A stretch of 63,393 nt of DNA, filler included, from Lenisia limosa (taxonomy: Eukaryota > Protista > Breviatea): NCBI GenBank assembly GCA_001655205.1. It is 12 parts of 12 records of this genome, joined end to end, with 100 filler letters (N's around TTAATTAATTAA, not from the genome) between each part and the next. Parts side by side here need not be neighbours in the genome. Positions count along the whole stretch, not along the records: positions 10,974 to 35,641 come from LPNZ01006750.1; 11 more parts are not named here. The stretch is one strand, 5' to 3'. This document shows, piece after piece, positions 11,140-23,508 of the stretch. Below the pieces are notes generated by a model. It searched no databases. It was not told where the DNA came from and saw only the letters and a list, made by a program, of their open reading frames with translations. How positions within the stretch are numbered: the first letter of the stretch is position 1; every line of letters starts with the position of its first letter. The position numbers and the translations under genes are program-made.

Positions 11140-14100
11140 GTACAAGAGCTGGAGGTCGGCCCTAACCGTGGATGTTCAACTGGTAGGCTGAAGGTCAAAA
11201 TTGAATTCTGCTTTTTCGCTAAAATATGAATTTAATAATACCTATTTTGATGGTCAAGTTACGAGATTGTGGCATGTTTATTTGGACCACTTCTCTCACC
11301 AAATAGGAGACGTGATGCTGATTTTGTCTTCTGTGGATTTGGATGAGGATGAAAGTTTACTCTGTGACATGGACGAGGAAAGTGACCTCACTCAACTTCC
11401 GAAAGGCTCTTTGGTGGTCTTCTTATGGCAGGGTGAAGAAGCCGAAATGGTGAGTATGAGCTGTCCATAATCACACTCCCTATAGGATAAGGTCTCCACG
11501 GGCCTGCTCTATGCCAGCCAGTTGTCGAGTTTAGTACACGCGTCAGGCAAGTTGCAGAGGGAGATGGAGGGGCAAGAGAGCGTAGCCTTCCTTCGGACCT
11601 TTCAATACGACTTTGTAGTGCTTGACAAAGAATATGGTGGGGGTAAAGCTTGATAAAGAATATGGTGGGGGTAAAGCTTACTCAGGAATATGGTGGAGAT
11701 AATGGTGTCTGAAAGTTAGCTAACCTGGGCAGCCGCGCCCAGTGGATTTGTTGAGGTGTCAGCACCGACCGCAGTCGGCCGTGTTTACCAGGTCTTTGGT
11801 CGCCGGTCAATGGCTGTTCGCTTACTTGACCCAAATGGTGGGCTATCTCGGATGATGTCTTGCTGCGGCTTCTTCATGAAGATATTTACTACACAGCCNN
11901 NNNNNNNNNNNNNNNNNNNNNNNNNNNNNNNNNNNNNNNNNNNNNNNNNNNNNNNNNNNNNNNNNNNNNNNNNNNNNNNNNNNNNNNNNNNNTACAAGAT
12001 TTGGGTCATTTTTGGCCACAAAGCCAGCCGTGCTGAAATTGCCCGAGTATGGAACTTCTGACAAAATTAATCACTATTATATTTTTTTTTGGATCATTTT
12101 TATGTTGCCTCGTCCGCGATTCTCATTCCTCAGGCTCAGTTGCTTGCAGGAGAATTCGCAATGGAACGACGAAAACCGGAGAAAGAAGGGGGTAAGCTCT
12201 ATCCCAGACCTTCTGATGGACAAACACCCTCGATCATTTCTCAGCTCTGCGTACCGGGTCGCAAAGAAGGGATCTCATCGAAGCCCCCCTTGCAGACATT
12301 GCGAATGCGGTACGGATGCACCACCATTTGATGGTCACTTACCATATTAGGAAACCCTGTCAGAGATTTTGGAACTACTCCAGGTAGAGGCCGACTATTT
12401 TGATGTTCCGATGGACTTCGAAGAAGATGAATCCGAACCGAAGGAATCCGCCGCTCAAATTGCGTCGCGCGCGGCAGTGGCGCATTTGGCGTCATGTCGC
12501 CTATACCGTATCGATATCCTATCATCACACATTGAATTGACGCAAGTTGGCGGGGGGTATTGAAGCTCCTCTTTTGTTAGTTCTTCATGACATTACAGAT
12601 GGTGATACCGCTGACAAGAGCCTCGATGGACACCCGGCATTGCTACATTCTGCATGCCGGCGCCTTGGTGTTCTACTGGCTTGGGTTCAAGGCTGGCATC
12701 TCTGACAAGGTCGCAGCTGAGCGTCTTGCCACTGTGGGCCGGCCCGGGGGGGGGGGGNNNNNNNNNNNNNNNNNNNNNNNNNNNNNNNNNNNNNNNNNNN
12801 NNNNNNNNNNNNNNNNCGATATTTCACATAATACTGGTAAACAGTTCTTCACTTGGGACATTTCGCCTTCCCTTCTGACTTTCTGCATTAGGCGTTCCCA
12901 ATGTTGGTGCACAGTAACCCATGGATGGACGTGATTCGAACGGGCGAATCGTACGAGTCGGCCCTCTTCACTTCACAGTTCTCCTCTTGGGACCTCAGGT
13001 AAGCCCGCTATTGTCGGCCTCATACTGTTTAGGATGGTGGAAAAAGTTGAGTCTGACCAGCCTGAAGGTTTGGGGGTATTTCAAAACATAAAATTGATCT
13101 CTTTGCCATTCACCTCCCTGCTCACATTCCAGTTCTTCCACCCGAGATTCCGCCCATTCATGCGGACGAATTCCTTCGATATGTCCACTCCGCTGGTAGG
13201 CGAGGCTCTGCTTGTCTTCGGAAAGTGCTTGTCTCTAACGGTCTAGAACCAACGGATAGTAACAACGGAGTAAACTCAATGGCTGACCTTTTGCGCTATG
13301 TGGGGAGGAGGTCCAACATTCGCTTCCTTTATATTCCACATTTGTTACTAACCTGCACTAGAAGCCCAAAACTCCGGGACACAGCAACTTGGACAGTTTC
13401 AGTAGTAGCTTCATAAGCCTGAACGATTCCAAGAAGGGCAATGCTATTTCCGTATGTCGAGATAATAGGCGGTTTTCAATTACAATTGTAACATCACTTT
13501 CGATATTTCTATAATAGAGAACAGCGTTAAAAGTTTTTATTTTACGCTTTAGACCGTGTCATCACCCCACCCTCCTTCCTTTGCTGGTATGTTACGTTTG
13601 AGATTTGTCTTTTATTCCCACCATCTTCAAATTGGAATGTTTCTGACATATCCAGCCTTAGCAGCCGCACGCAGTAATGGTGTAACACCCATTGCTTCCG
13701 CCTCCACAACCCACCTCCAAAGCTTCTTAAATCCACAGACTCAAACATCGTGAGCCCTTAGTTCATGTTTAACGGTTAAGCCTTCCCTTCCCTCTTCCCA
13801 TCCCCACTCCAAGTGAAGATGAAGAACGAATACCCGTACCAGACAGGCTTCCTGATGACATGCAGGTTGGCCTCAAGACCATCTGATTCAACTCTTTAAT
13901 CGAAGAGTATTCTATTGGACCTCTATTGAGCCTTTTCACTCCTTCCCCTTTCCCAGGTTCTTGTGGTGACGTCTAGCGGATTTGGCGGCCTGCCGGAGGA
14001 GCAATGGGGCTGTCTTGTCGGAAATGAGGTGTGCCTCTTGAATATGATAGTGTCAATTCATATTCCTTTTTTAATTTCAGAACGTTTTTTTGAAAGAAGG

Positions 14101-17100
14101 AATTGAAAGAGTTGCTTCAAATTTAACAATGCAGAACTCCTTTCTTCACCACCTCCCCCCCGCTGGGGTGATGGGATGCGGTGCTGCAAAAGCGACTGGC
14201 CTGGGCTNNNNNNNNNNNNNNNNNNNNNNNNNNNNNNNNNNNNNNNNNNNNNNNNNNNNNNNNNNNNNNNNNNNNNNNNNNNNNNNNNNNNNNNNNNNNN
14301 NNCATAAATTGTCCTTTTACCCCCCCCCCCCAGGCCCACGTAGTGATGGCGACTTGGCGCACGGAAGTGACAAAGGAGCCGTCAGAGAGTGCGGACAAAT
14401 GGGACTACATGCAATCTGACGACGAGTTGGAATCGATTATCGAAGAAGAGGAGGAGGAAGACGAAGTCAAATATGAATGTGGGGAGGGGAGAGGAGGATA
14501 TTATCAAAAAATATTAATATTTTTCGTTGATTGTAATGATACAGGTCATGTTTTCCTCTGGCTTGGTATTCACACAGTGGCAACTGTCCGAGCCCGTTAC
14601 GACTTAGAAGTTGGCACTATATGGAATTTCTAATCTCTAGGTGTACCCCCTTCTTCGGGATAAGTTCGAATCAGAATTCAACACAACTCCAGTGAAGGTA
14701 TGGCGCGAAGTCCCCTAAAACACTAACCATCCAGCACTACATCCATGCTCTCCAGGAACCAGAGTTTTTCCTTGACTTCTTCCCTTTCAGAGTATATACA
14801 AATGTAAGCTGATTTGAGTCGATTTGAACAGGCCATTTTTGATTCCCTTTCTAACTTCTCAGGCACCACCACACCCAGACACCACAATGTTCCATTTACG
14901 TGGCAAAGGAAATAGACTTTCTGCAGTTCAATGTCACCCGGTGGGAATGGGGGACCCTGATGATACCAGCCTAGGGTATTCTGCTGTTGTGTTCTGACTC
15001 TTTAGCACACCGCTTGTCTCATTGAGAACGAGTGCTTTGTTCTGGTCTACTGGGATGGCCTCACCGAATTCGTTTGTGGACTGTTTTGACTTAGATTACG
15101 CACGCGTACAGTACCTTTTTCTATTTCTGCCTGATCACGAATAGAGTAACTTTGTAATTGTAAACATGAGGCAACTTTTGTCATTCAGGGGATAGTATGA
15201 ACGTCCGCAGTTTCTACTGTCTAAATTGTTCACCTTGAACATTTTGTGGCACGGATTTAATAGCATTATATCTATATAATCAACAATAGAAACTTCGCTT
15301 TACCCCCTCACCTCGTATTCATCAACTTGGTTATCACCTCCACAGGAAGCCGAACAGAGCCGCGAACGAGAGAAGGAGGAGGCCGAGAGGCTTGAAGAAG
15401 AGGCCAGAGTACGTGCGCTTCTTGAGCCCTCCGATTATGAGGATGAGGAAGGTGGCATGGATGAAGAGGGTTATATGGGTGAGGAAGACCAGATTGGAGA
15501 TGATGTGGAAGAAGAAATTGAAGAAGAATTTGAAAAAGAAGTTGAAGTTGAAGTAGAATTTGAAGTGGAAGAAGAAGCTGATGATGATGTTGATCGTCCT
15601 GTTCACCCTGCTGCAAGGAAGGTTAGTGCGTCTGCTCTTTTGGTATATACCAAGAATTATTTATTTTCCTCACAAATTCGTTTTTGTTTTCTGACTTTTC
15701 CACATAGTATGTATTTCTCTGTTCCAGTCAGCTACACTTGACGATTTAGATTGTGGTGTGGCGAGGGCGCAAATGTGCGCGTACAAGGTATGCCAAAAGC
15801 CTGCTGTTTCCTGTGTTATGCTCTAGATTTGTTGATGCACAGGAGTTCGTTGACCATAGGAGGGAAATGGTATGGGAGTGTTTTCTTTGTGACTTGCCCC
15901 CCCTCCCCTCTCACCACCAGCTTGAATCATGTGTGTCCACGCGGCCAGATCTGACGGATCCAACCAGAGCCTCGCCATCTCCTCTCCACGCCTTATTCGC
16001 TCCTGCATCCCATTTCCTCTCCGCTGTCTCCGTAAACGACTCAAAGTGCGTCCACTGCTTTGTTGCCTTCCTCACAGTTGTCGCATTTAAACTGAAGCAA
16101 ATCTTCATATCCCCCTCCGCAGCCCCTCAGACGGTTCCGACTCTGAAGATGACTCCGACAGCGGATTCCGCACTTCGGTCATCGAAAGGCACCCGCCGTC
16201 ACCACCTGATGCTGAGGTTGCTGCCCCCTCGTCCTCGCAGGGAACCAAAGTATGCGAAAAGAGCTGAAGTGATTGAACAGTGACAGACTTTTTCAGTAAA
16301 TTTGTTATGCACTTCCTGTTCCAGACTGCTTTGTTTTCTCGTTCCATTTGTTTGACCCTTGCAGGCGCACAATCTTCTGGCCACTTTTGAGCCAGATTCG
16401 AAGCTCGAAGTGAGTTAATAAACGAGGCTCAACGGCAACCTTTACACAACTTACAATGTTGATTTGTAGCTTCTGTATTCACCCCCTTCCCAGGTTCTGA
16501 GTTGGCCTGTCGATTTAGTGTCGGATTTGGAAGAGCCTAAATGGTTCTGGCAAATTTTACAAGGTACGTGGCGAGTGTTTCTGCATTTCGTTCCGACTTG
16601 CACAACAAGCGAGTCTTTTGATTAGTACAAGTAGATGCTCCTTTTGGTAATCGGACATTATCCGTAGATCCTGACGATTTACCTCCCCCAGGCGAGCCAG
16701 CTGAAGTTGTTCGAAAAGCTATAGTGCCACAAGTGCCACCCCGAGTATTCATCGCCAAGTACAACGGAATTTCCTTTACAGTAGGCCTCACATCATTGAA
16801 TCACCCCCAAAAGCGTCGTTGAAAGAAATATCAGTATATTCGTATATGGACCACAGCAAAGTTCTCATCTCGCCCTCCCCCCCCCCCNNNNNNNNNNNNN
16901 NNNNNNNNNNNNNNNNNNNNNNNNNNNNNNNNNNNNNNNNNNNNNNNNNNNNNNNNNNNNNNNNNNNNNNNNNNNNNNNNNNNNATACCGGGGTACAGGT
17001 GAGGGGCTCGCTTTGGCCCCAGGTCTTTCGAGATTGTCTCCAAAGCAGAGGATTGGGCTTTGTGACGTCTGTTGACACCCCAGATTGTGGTGTGGCTTGG

Positions 17101-17394
17101 CGATCAGGCAAAACCACGTGAAGTGGAACTCGCATCGGCTGCCGCTCTCGTGGGGGGGATTAACGAAACATCCCAAGCAAATGATGGCTTGAATTGATTT
17201 GCTCTGTCTTTGTCTCACATCCAGGCGTTCACGTGGCTTGACGGCCGAAAACAGGATACCGTGTCCTTCTGTCTGTCGTCACAGAAGCCGCCACCTTCCT
17301 TCCTTGCTGCCTTCCATGGGTGCGTTGCAATGGTTCTCTCGTGTTCCATCCCTCTTCTCAAGGCTTATCTGACCTTTCTAGGTGGATGTTGTAG
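11140..17394 (+). CDS. Gelsolin/villin/supervillin-family actin-binding protein (multi-exon; start uncertain)
   Basis: Several gelsolin-repeat motifs in spliced exons: VIPLTRASMDTRHCYILHAGALVFYWLGFKAGISDKVAAERLA, GESYESALFTSQFSSW, LPEEQWGCLVGNEAHVVMATW, GHVFLWLG, MFHLRGKGNRLSAVQ, IVVWRG, EEPKWFWQIL, PPRVFIAK, IVVWLG and KPPPSFLAAFHGWML*. Confidence 0.8.
11620..11697. repeat. 28-bp tandem repeat (about 2.7 units), intronic
   Basis: GCTTGA(C/T)AAAGAATATGGTGGGGGTAAA repeated. Confidence 0.8.
14161..14333 (+). repeat. Family B copy ending at an acceptor of the gelsolin-like gene
   Basis: CGCTGGGGTGATGGGATGCGGTGCTGCAAAAGCGACTGGCCTGGGCT...CATAAATTGTCCTTTTAC-C-run-CAG|GCCCAC. Confidence 0.85.
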
Positions 17395-17506
17395 CTTTTT
17401 CTTAATGGTATTAATTATTATGTGTCGTTTTACGTGAGGTAAATGGATTGCTTAAGGGATGTTTCCAAGAGGGCAAAGAAAGGAACATGACATCAATAAA
17501 TAAAGT

Positions 17507-18534
17507 CTACGCCTTGACGCAGGTGAAGGTGTAGGCGTCACCAATGGCGGCTTCGTAGAGGCTGGCTACAGGGCATCGTGACGCCACCGCCTTGGTGAAC
17601 GCCTCAAACTGGGGGGGTAATGTGAATTAAGATCGCTATTATTGACACGAAGCAAAAGGAGTGCTATTTTAGACTGGGTAGGCTTGAAGAGACCAACCTG
17701 GGCGTCGTCAGCATCAGTCTCCACTACCATCTTGACGTTGATTTCGTTGAAGTGAGAAGGAACCTGGGGAGGGGTGAATAACCGTGATATCAGAGAGAGA
17801 GTGAGAATGCAACCCTCCGAACCCACAGTTGGGTCTCCCATGATGCCGCGAAGGTCAATGGTGCCGTCAACGTCAACCTTCAGTTCTCCGATGGTGATGT
17901 CCATTTCCTTGGCAGTCAGCTATGCGTCATCCATGTCCAAAGCCAATGGAAGCACCACCAAAGACAGGGGCAAAGTGCAGTCACAAACCTGTGCAATGAT
18001 TCGTCCAACGACAGTTTTGCATCCAGACACACCGCCAAGAAGGTACTGAAGGGGGTTGGCTGAAAGGTGACCACGATTCGTCATCACCCACCTCCAAGGT
18101 CAGACCCGCCAAGGGCTTCAGGCTCGTCAACAACAAACTTGTGGCCTCCTGACTCAACCTGTTATAGTGATGGCACGGAAGTCTGAAGAAATCCAATCAA
18201 AAACACTCATATCAGGGATAAGAAAGAAAAGAATGGGTGTTGCTGCAATGGATGATGTATCATTATCGAAAACTGGCAAATGTATTTTGTAATTAACCGC
18301 ACTTTCTGTGAAGAACGCAAAAAGAAAAGGGTTTATAACGCTTAGGGAGAGAAGCGGAAGAGATTGAGTAAGGCAGAGCGGTCCTCCGCTACACTGTACC
18401 CATCAAACCTCTGTTTTCATTCCAGCAGCATTGATAGCTGTGGAAGAGACAGCAAAAGGCATGGCCCCTGAAGCTGTAGAAAAAGCTCTGATGCCAAGGC
18501 GGGAAACTGTCTGTCTAGCAATTGAAGAAATCAT
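17507..18534 (-). CDS. OsmC/Ohr-family peroxiredoxin-like protein with predicted mitochondrial targeting peptide
   Basis: Spliced product MISSIARQTVSRLGIRAFSTAS...MKTEVESGGHKFVVDEPEALGGSDLGANPLQYLLGGVSGCKTVVGRIIAQEMDITIGELKVDVDGTIDLRGIMGDPTVPSHFNEINVKMVVETDADDAQFEAFTKAVASRCPVASLYE...VKA*. It has the DEP..GG.D.G.NP motif and both conserved Cys. Confidence 0.88.
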
Positions 18535-19139
18535 TTTTCTGGTAGTTGTCGTTGGAAAAATGAAAAAAAAAAAACACGCACAAAAAGATGGATCTTTCAG
18601 ATCAGTAACCTCTCGGTTCACTCCCGCCATTTCTCCATTTTTTTCTCTCTCTCTCTCCTTCCATTCAGTCCCAATTATTGATACCAACTTTTTTGTTGGA
18701 GACTGACAACTGACAAGTGCTGGACGAATTGACCCCCCCCCCCTAATTTCAAACACAGCATTTTTCAAATGATGAACCCATAGCTTACTTGACCTCCAAG
18801 TGGTGTTTCATAGAGAAGTAAGAGATATATTGGTGTAATAATTAATGTGACGTCTTTCAGATCAACTTTCCATTTATGGCAGTTTACGTTTTCTTATTGC
18901 TTTTATATTCGACTTCTGGGCGTTTATTCATATTGCTGTTTCCTTTCAGTTGATTTTACCCACCAAGTTGAAATTTTATACAGTGTTATTTATTTTGTGA
19001 CAATCAACCTAAACCATCCTCCATTTTGCATCCACATTGGCATTTCCGTTTCATAGTATGCTTTTGACGTTGAACCTTTCTTGATTGTGCATCGTTATTG
19101 GAGACATATCTCTTGACATTCCCTCTCTCACCCTTCAGA

Positions 19140-20420
19140 ATTCATGACGTAGCTAAGTCAAGACTATCTCCTCGTTACCGCCCTAAACCCCCTTCCTGCT
19201 TTTGCTGACGTAGGCAAAGACAGGGCGGCAGTTCCATTCACTTTGTAACAGAAGCGACTGGCCTGAGCTTTGTTTGTTTTGNNNNNNNNNNNNNNNNNNN
19301 NNNNNNNNNNNNNNNNNNNNNNNNNNNNNNNNNNNNNNNNNNNNNNNNNNNNNNNNNNTGATGACGACACGATCGTGGTCAGTATCGGCACGCCGTCTCC
19401 AAAGAAGTCCCGATCGAGCACCCCGAAGTCACCGAAGCCCAAGACTGGAAATGGAAGGGTTAGCTTTTGGAAGAGAACATGCTGTCATATGGGACAATAG
19501 AAGATAATGGGGATGAACCGGGACGAAACTCGAACCATCATCACATTTGGAAAGCAATTAAACTACTTCACCGTTAGATGCTAACTCTTGCTCGGATTCC
19601 GTTTTTCATCGGCTGAAGTGAAGATGGTCAGTAACTTTGAATATAGGTCCACTTCCCGCCCGAAGACTCAATGATCAAAGCAAGTCTCATTGCCAACCGC
19701 GTCAATGGTGAGCTGGATGAACGTATGTGGAGGGCTGTTGGACATTTGTTGCTGAACGTTTCCTTGTCTGGAGGTTAACCTCTGTTAGAGATGGATCAAG
19801 AACATGGCGACGACCCATACAGTGGTTAGCAACGGGCTAAGTAAACATCTCTGCAACCACATGTACAGTTGGAAAATTGTTACTCCACACAGTTGCTTCT
19901 CCGCCCCTCCACATCCATGACATTGAACACAACGACAACGGAAGGTTTCCGGCCCGTTCCCCGACTCCCTCATCCCTGGTTCAGGTTTGTGATCCTATGT
20001 TAATATAAAATGATAAAATACAATTAAAAGAAATGTTTGACCACCATCCTCCTGTTCATGCCTTTTTTATATTGTAGGGAAAGAACTTCAAAGGGCAATT
20101 CGCTTTGGCCATTCTACTGTCGGTTGTCGGTATGTGGTTGTATTTCAAGTTATATTCGTCACTTGAGTCTAGCTCTGATCTTTTAGGAGTCATTTTGGGT
20201 ATTATTGGATTGTTGATGCTTTTCAACGGCAAATTTTTGAGAGCCTTTACCCTGATCACATGCTCCTTAATCACAGTTATACCTGGAGGTAAGTGGACTG
20301 GGGGTGCTTGATGCTGAGCTACTCATATTTACTGTTTAGTATACAACAGTATCAAGATCCACGAAGCCCAGCAAGATCTCCACCTTGCTCCCTATATTAT
20401 GAATGATTACGACTTTTAGA
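19140..20420 (+). CDS. Hypothetical multi-exon gene
   Basis: Short GT-AG exons with open frames (IVVSIGTPSPKKSRSSTPKSPKPK, VHFPPEDSMIKASLIANRVN, YWIVDAFQRQIFESLYPDH). No family recognised. Confidence 0.3.
19248..19281 (+). repeat. Family B partial copy
   Basis: CAGAAGCGACTGGCCTGAGCTTTGTTTGTTTTG followed by an N gap. Confidence 0.75.
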
Positions 20421-21206
20421 ATTGTTCAATAAGTTAATGTACTATATCTGTTAGAACAGTTACACGAGCGACGGAAGTTAGTGTGACCATTTGCAAATTC
20501 AATGTGCAATGCTATGCATGAACACATGAACCAAGTGACTTTTACCGCCTGTACGCCTGCGACTCTCAGATGACCCACGCAATTTGCCAGAAGAAGAGTA
20601 ACACAAATGAGTTGTGGTAATGATTGTCATATGGTCAAACCAAGAATTGCAGCGAATACGATCTTTTAGATCTTGAGTCCTTGGGCGAGCCCCCACCCAC
20701 CTCCTCCTTGCCTTGTCCTCTTGTCCTCCTCCAAAACACCAAACATTGCCAAACAAGAAAGCACACACAACACACACAAAAGGTGGCTCAAGAGATGCCA
20801 CCCACAAGACTTGGAACCTGCTAAACCGAATGATGAGGGAGGCCACTTTCCTGTTATAGCCCCCTTCGATTCACCTTTATGCCTGAGGAAATAGAACCCT
20901 GTGTGACCCTTGTGCTTCATTTGTTGTTGCTTTAGTGCTATTATCCTTGTCAGTTTTATCGTTAGTGAATTACTCCTCTCTATCAAGCAACATTTCCCCC
21001 TCAGGTTTGATTCATATCATCGTCTTCTTCTCTGGTTCTACAGAATCTACAACTACATTTCCCTTGTGGATGGATACCTTTTGCTTTATGAATCATCTAA
21101 AAAATTTGCTATCACTCACAATATTTATCGTAAATTGTTGAAAATGAGTAGTATGAAGTGTCATTGAATATTTCAATATTGCGCATGACCATGCTCAGAT
21201 CGCATT

Positions 21207-23344
21207 ATGACTCTGGAGCCAGTGCCAGGAGGACAGCAAAGATGGCTCTCCCGAAGGAAGTTGGAGCATCTGAAGACGTCCTCGTTTGGTGGATCCGCGC
21301 CGTCTTCTCCTTTACCTCCTTCCCCCTTCCCTTACTCCCCAATGACACCGGGTTGGCTGTTCTGAATCCAACTCTCATTGGTAGCTGTTATATATTTCAT
21401 TTGGGCTTTACTTTTGTTCAAAAAGGCTTATCGGTGTTTTTTCTTGTCGACTGAAATGAATCCGTAATTTTGTGTTAACATATTAGGATCGCCCTCTGAA
21501 GGTTATTCCACCAAAAATGTCTATGTCAAAGGTATGCTGGGGAGGCACGCAGAAAGTTGTATATACAGAGTTGTAAGGCAAATGATTGGGAGAATTCTCA
21601 GCTTCGGCCAGATACAACCTTGGTTTTTTTAATATGGTTACGAATGCTGTCTCTTTTCTCTGTTGGAGTATTACGCAGTAGGATACTATTCAACTCAGAA
21701 TCCCCCCTCCCCAGAAACAACAATTAGACCTTAGCCTTTCATTTGTTCTAGCTAAGAGAAGCCGCATATTTTATATATGATATACATATATATATATGTA
21801 TATATATATACTACATGTAATATTATATAATATAACCCTTTTCAATAGGACTTGGACACACCACCACTGATGACGCTCTTCAAAATCTCATCAAAGAGTG
21901 GGTCGAAATTGCACTCGCGTACCATCTTATTCGTGGGGCACTTATTCTGTAGCTGCGGTACTATTGAAAGTCTAAAAGTTGCCAAACATCCTAAAACAGG
22001 AAAATGTGCTGGATATGGTTTTGTAATGTGAGTTGGGGATGTAACAATATACATATCATATGGTTTGACAAATTTGGATTTCAAAAAGTGAGGGCATGTC
22101 ACACAATATAACTTCTCCAAGGATGTCGGACGAGGACGAAGCAGCATGTGCCATCAAAGCTCTCAACGATCAAGGCTATGAAGCCTCTTTGGCACGGGTG
22201 AGTAACTTCCATAACTTCTTTCTTGTTAATTCAGTGCAATACTTAGTTATGTCTTAGTCTCATTGTGACACTATTCAGCAATCCTACTCACGACGATTGC
22301 GACAAAGTGAGGATTCAGACTCAACAAATCTCTATTTCCAGCACCTCCCTCTCAGTTGGGATGTTGATGTGGGAAGGGGTGAAGACAGAATAGCATAACA
22401 GTTTTTGAATTATCTGGATGCTTTCTCTACCAGGCATAGATATCATATGAGTCACAGATGTTAGGTTTTCAAGCGCTATCTGCTTCAGTTTGGTACAGTA
22501 ATGTCACTAAGAATTCTCACCAAGCCCAGTCAAGTATCCAAAGGTGTTGGTTTTGCGAGGTGAGAGCTGAATGATGAATAACAGGTCACATATTATGGAA
22601 GGAATTGACCGGTTTGATAAAAAATTGTCTTGATGACTATTCAATATAAAGTATATGATAGATATGTATTCTGTAACATGTAATACTAATACCATATGCT
22701 CATCTCTATATACTACATGTATATGTATGTATACATGTATACATGTAGTAATTATTTGGACTCGTTCACTTTGAAGAATGTCTACTCGAAAAGAGGCGGA
22801 ACTAGTGATCAGTTCAATGAATCAGATGGAGTTAGTACCTGACAAACCACTATTGGTTCGTTTTGCTGACAGGTTTGGGGGTTATAATGAACCACTTCAT
22901 ATGATGCGGTTTAACTATCACAGCACCAGTCAGAAGAAAATCAAGGAGGAAAGGAAACTCAAAGAAATAAAGAGTCAAATCCTGTCCGCTGAGGCTGTTT
23001 TGGTAGGTCAAGTTGTCATTGCTGATATTCAGTCTTCATTGACTTTGAACAATCCGACAATGTCGATGTCTCTTCCAGCTTCCCCCGCAACCCCCATGTT
23101 TTCTGAGGCAAATTCGTTCTATTCACCAGGTTGGGGGAAATGCTTTCTTCTTTCTTCTTTTGATTTCAATTAGATGGAATGGGAGGCAGAGGAGTAAGAG
23201 GGAGAGAGTTTTTGCAGATGTTTTAATGATGTAGGGGTTCGTAGGGCTGCCCCCCATGATGGTGGACTGAAGCAGTTCTTGGAGGCTTCGAAAGAAACTC
23301 CTATCATATCACCAGTTGCTGTCACCCCCAATTTATTTGTCTAA
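21207..23344 (+). CDS. RBMS1/MSSP/shep-like double-RRM RNA-binding protein
   Basis: Spliced STKNVYVKGLGHTTTDDALQNLIKE-CGTIESLKVAKHPKTGKCAGYGFV-MSDEDEAACAIKALNDQGYEASLAR...DSTNLYFQHLPLSWD...FGTVMSLRILT..SKGVGFARMSTRKEAELVISSMN...PLLVRFAD matches the RBMS RRM1-RRM2 pattern. Confidence 0.82.
21532..21625 (+). repeat. Family D copy whose first bases are the intron donor
   Basis: ...GTCAAAG|GTATGCTGGGGAGGCACGCAGAAAG...CTTCGGCCAGATACAACCTT. Confidence 0.85.
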
Positions 23345-23508
23345 GGTTTTTTATTGGTAGGTTCTACTGTTGATTTTATCAATTAGTATTCGGAGTAGTC
23401 GATCTTTTATAGTTGCCTTTTGTGTCTTTTTCTCATGTCCCTTTTTTCTGATTCAACTTTATTGTAAAATTCACACAAATGAAAAAGATGGGAGTACATA
23501 ATAATAAC

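Noticed and set aside
14135-14167. Extra 33-nt exon ending at the GTGATG of family B
   Set aside because: Skipping it gives a better gelsolin motif (WGCLVGNE-AHVVMATW), and CGCTGG before GTGATG is part of the B consensus. B is therefore not shown to be a whole intron.
20056-20311. Hydrophobic ORF 20105-20311 as a small membrane protein
   Set aside because: It spans T-rich intron sequence, and alternative spliced frames exist. There is no independent support.
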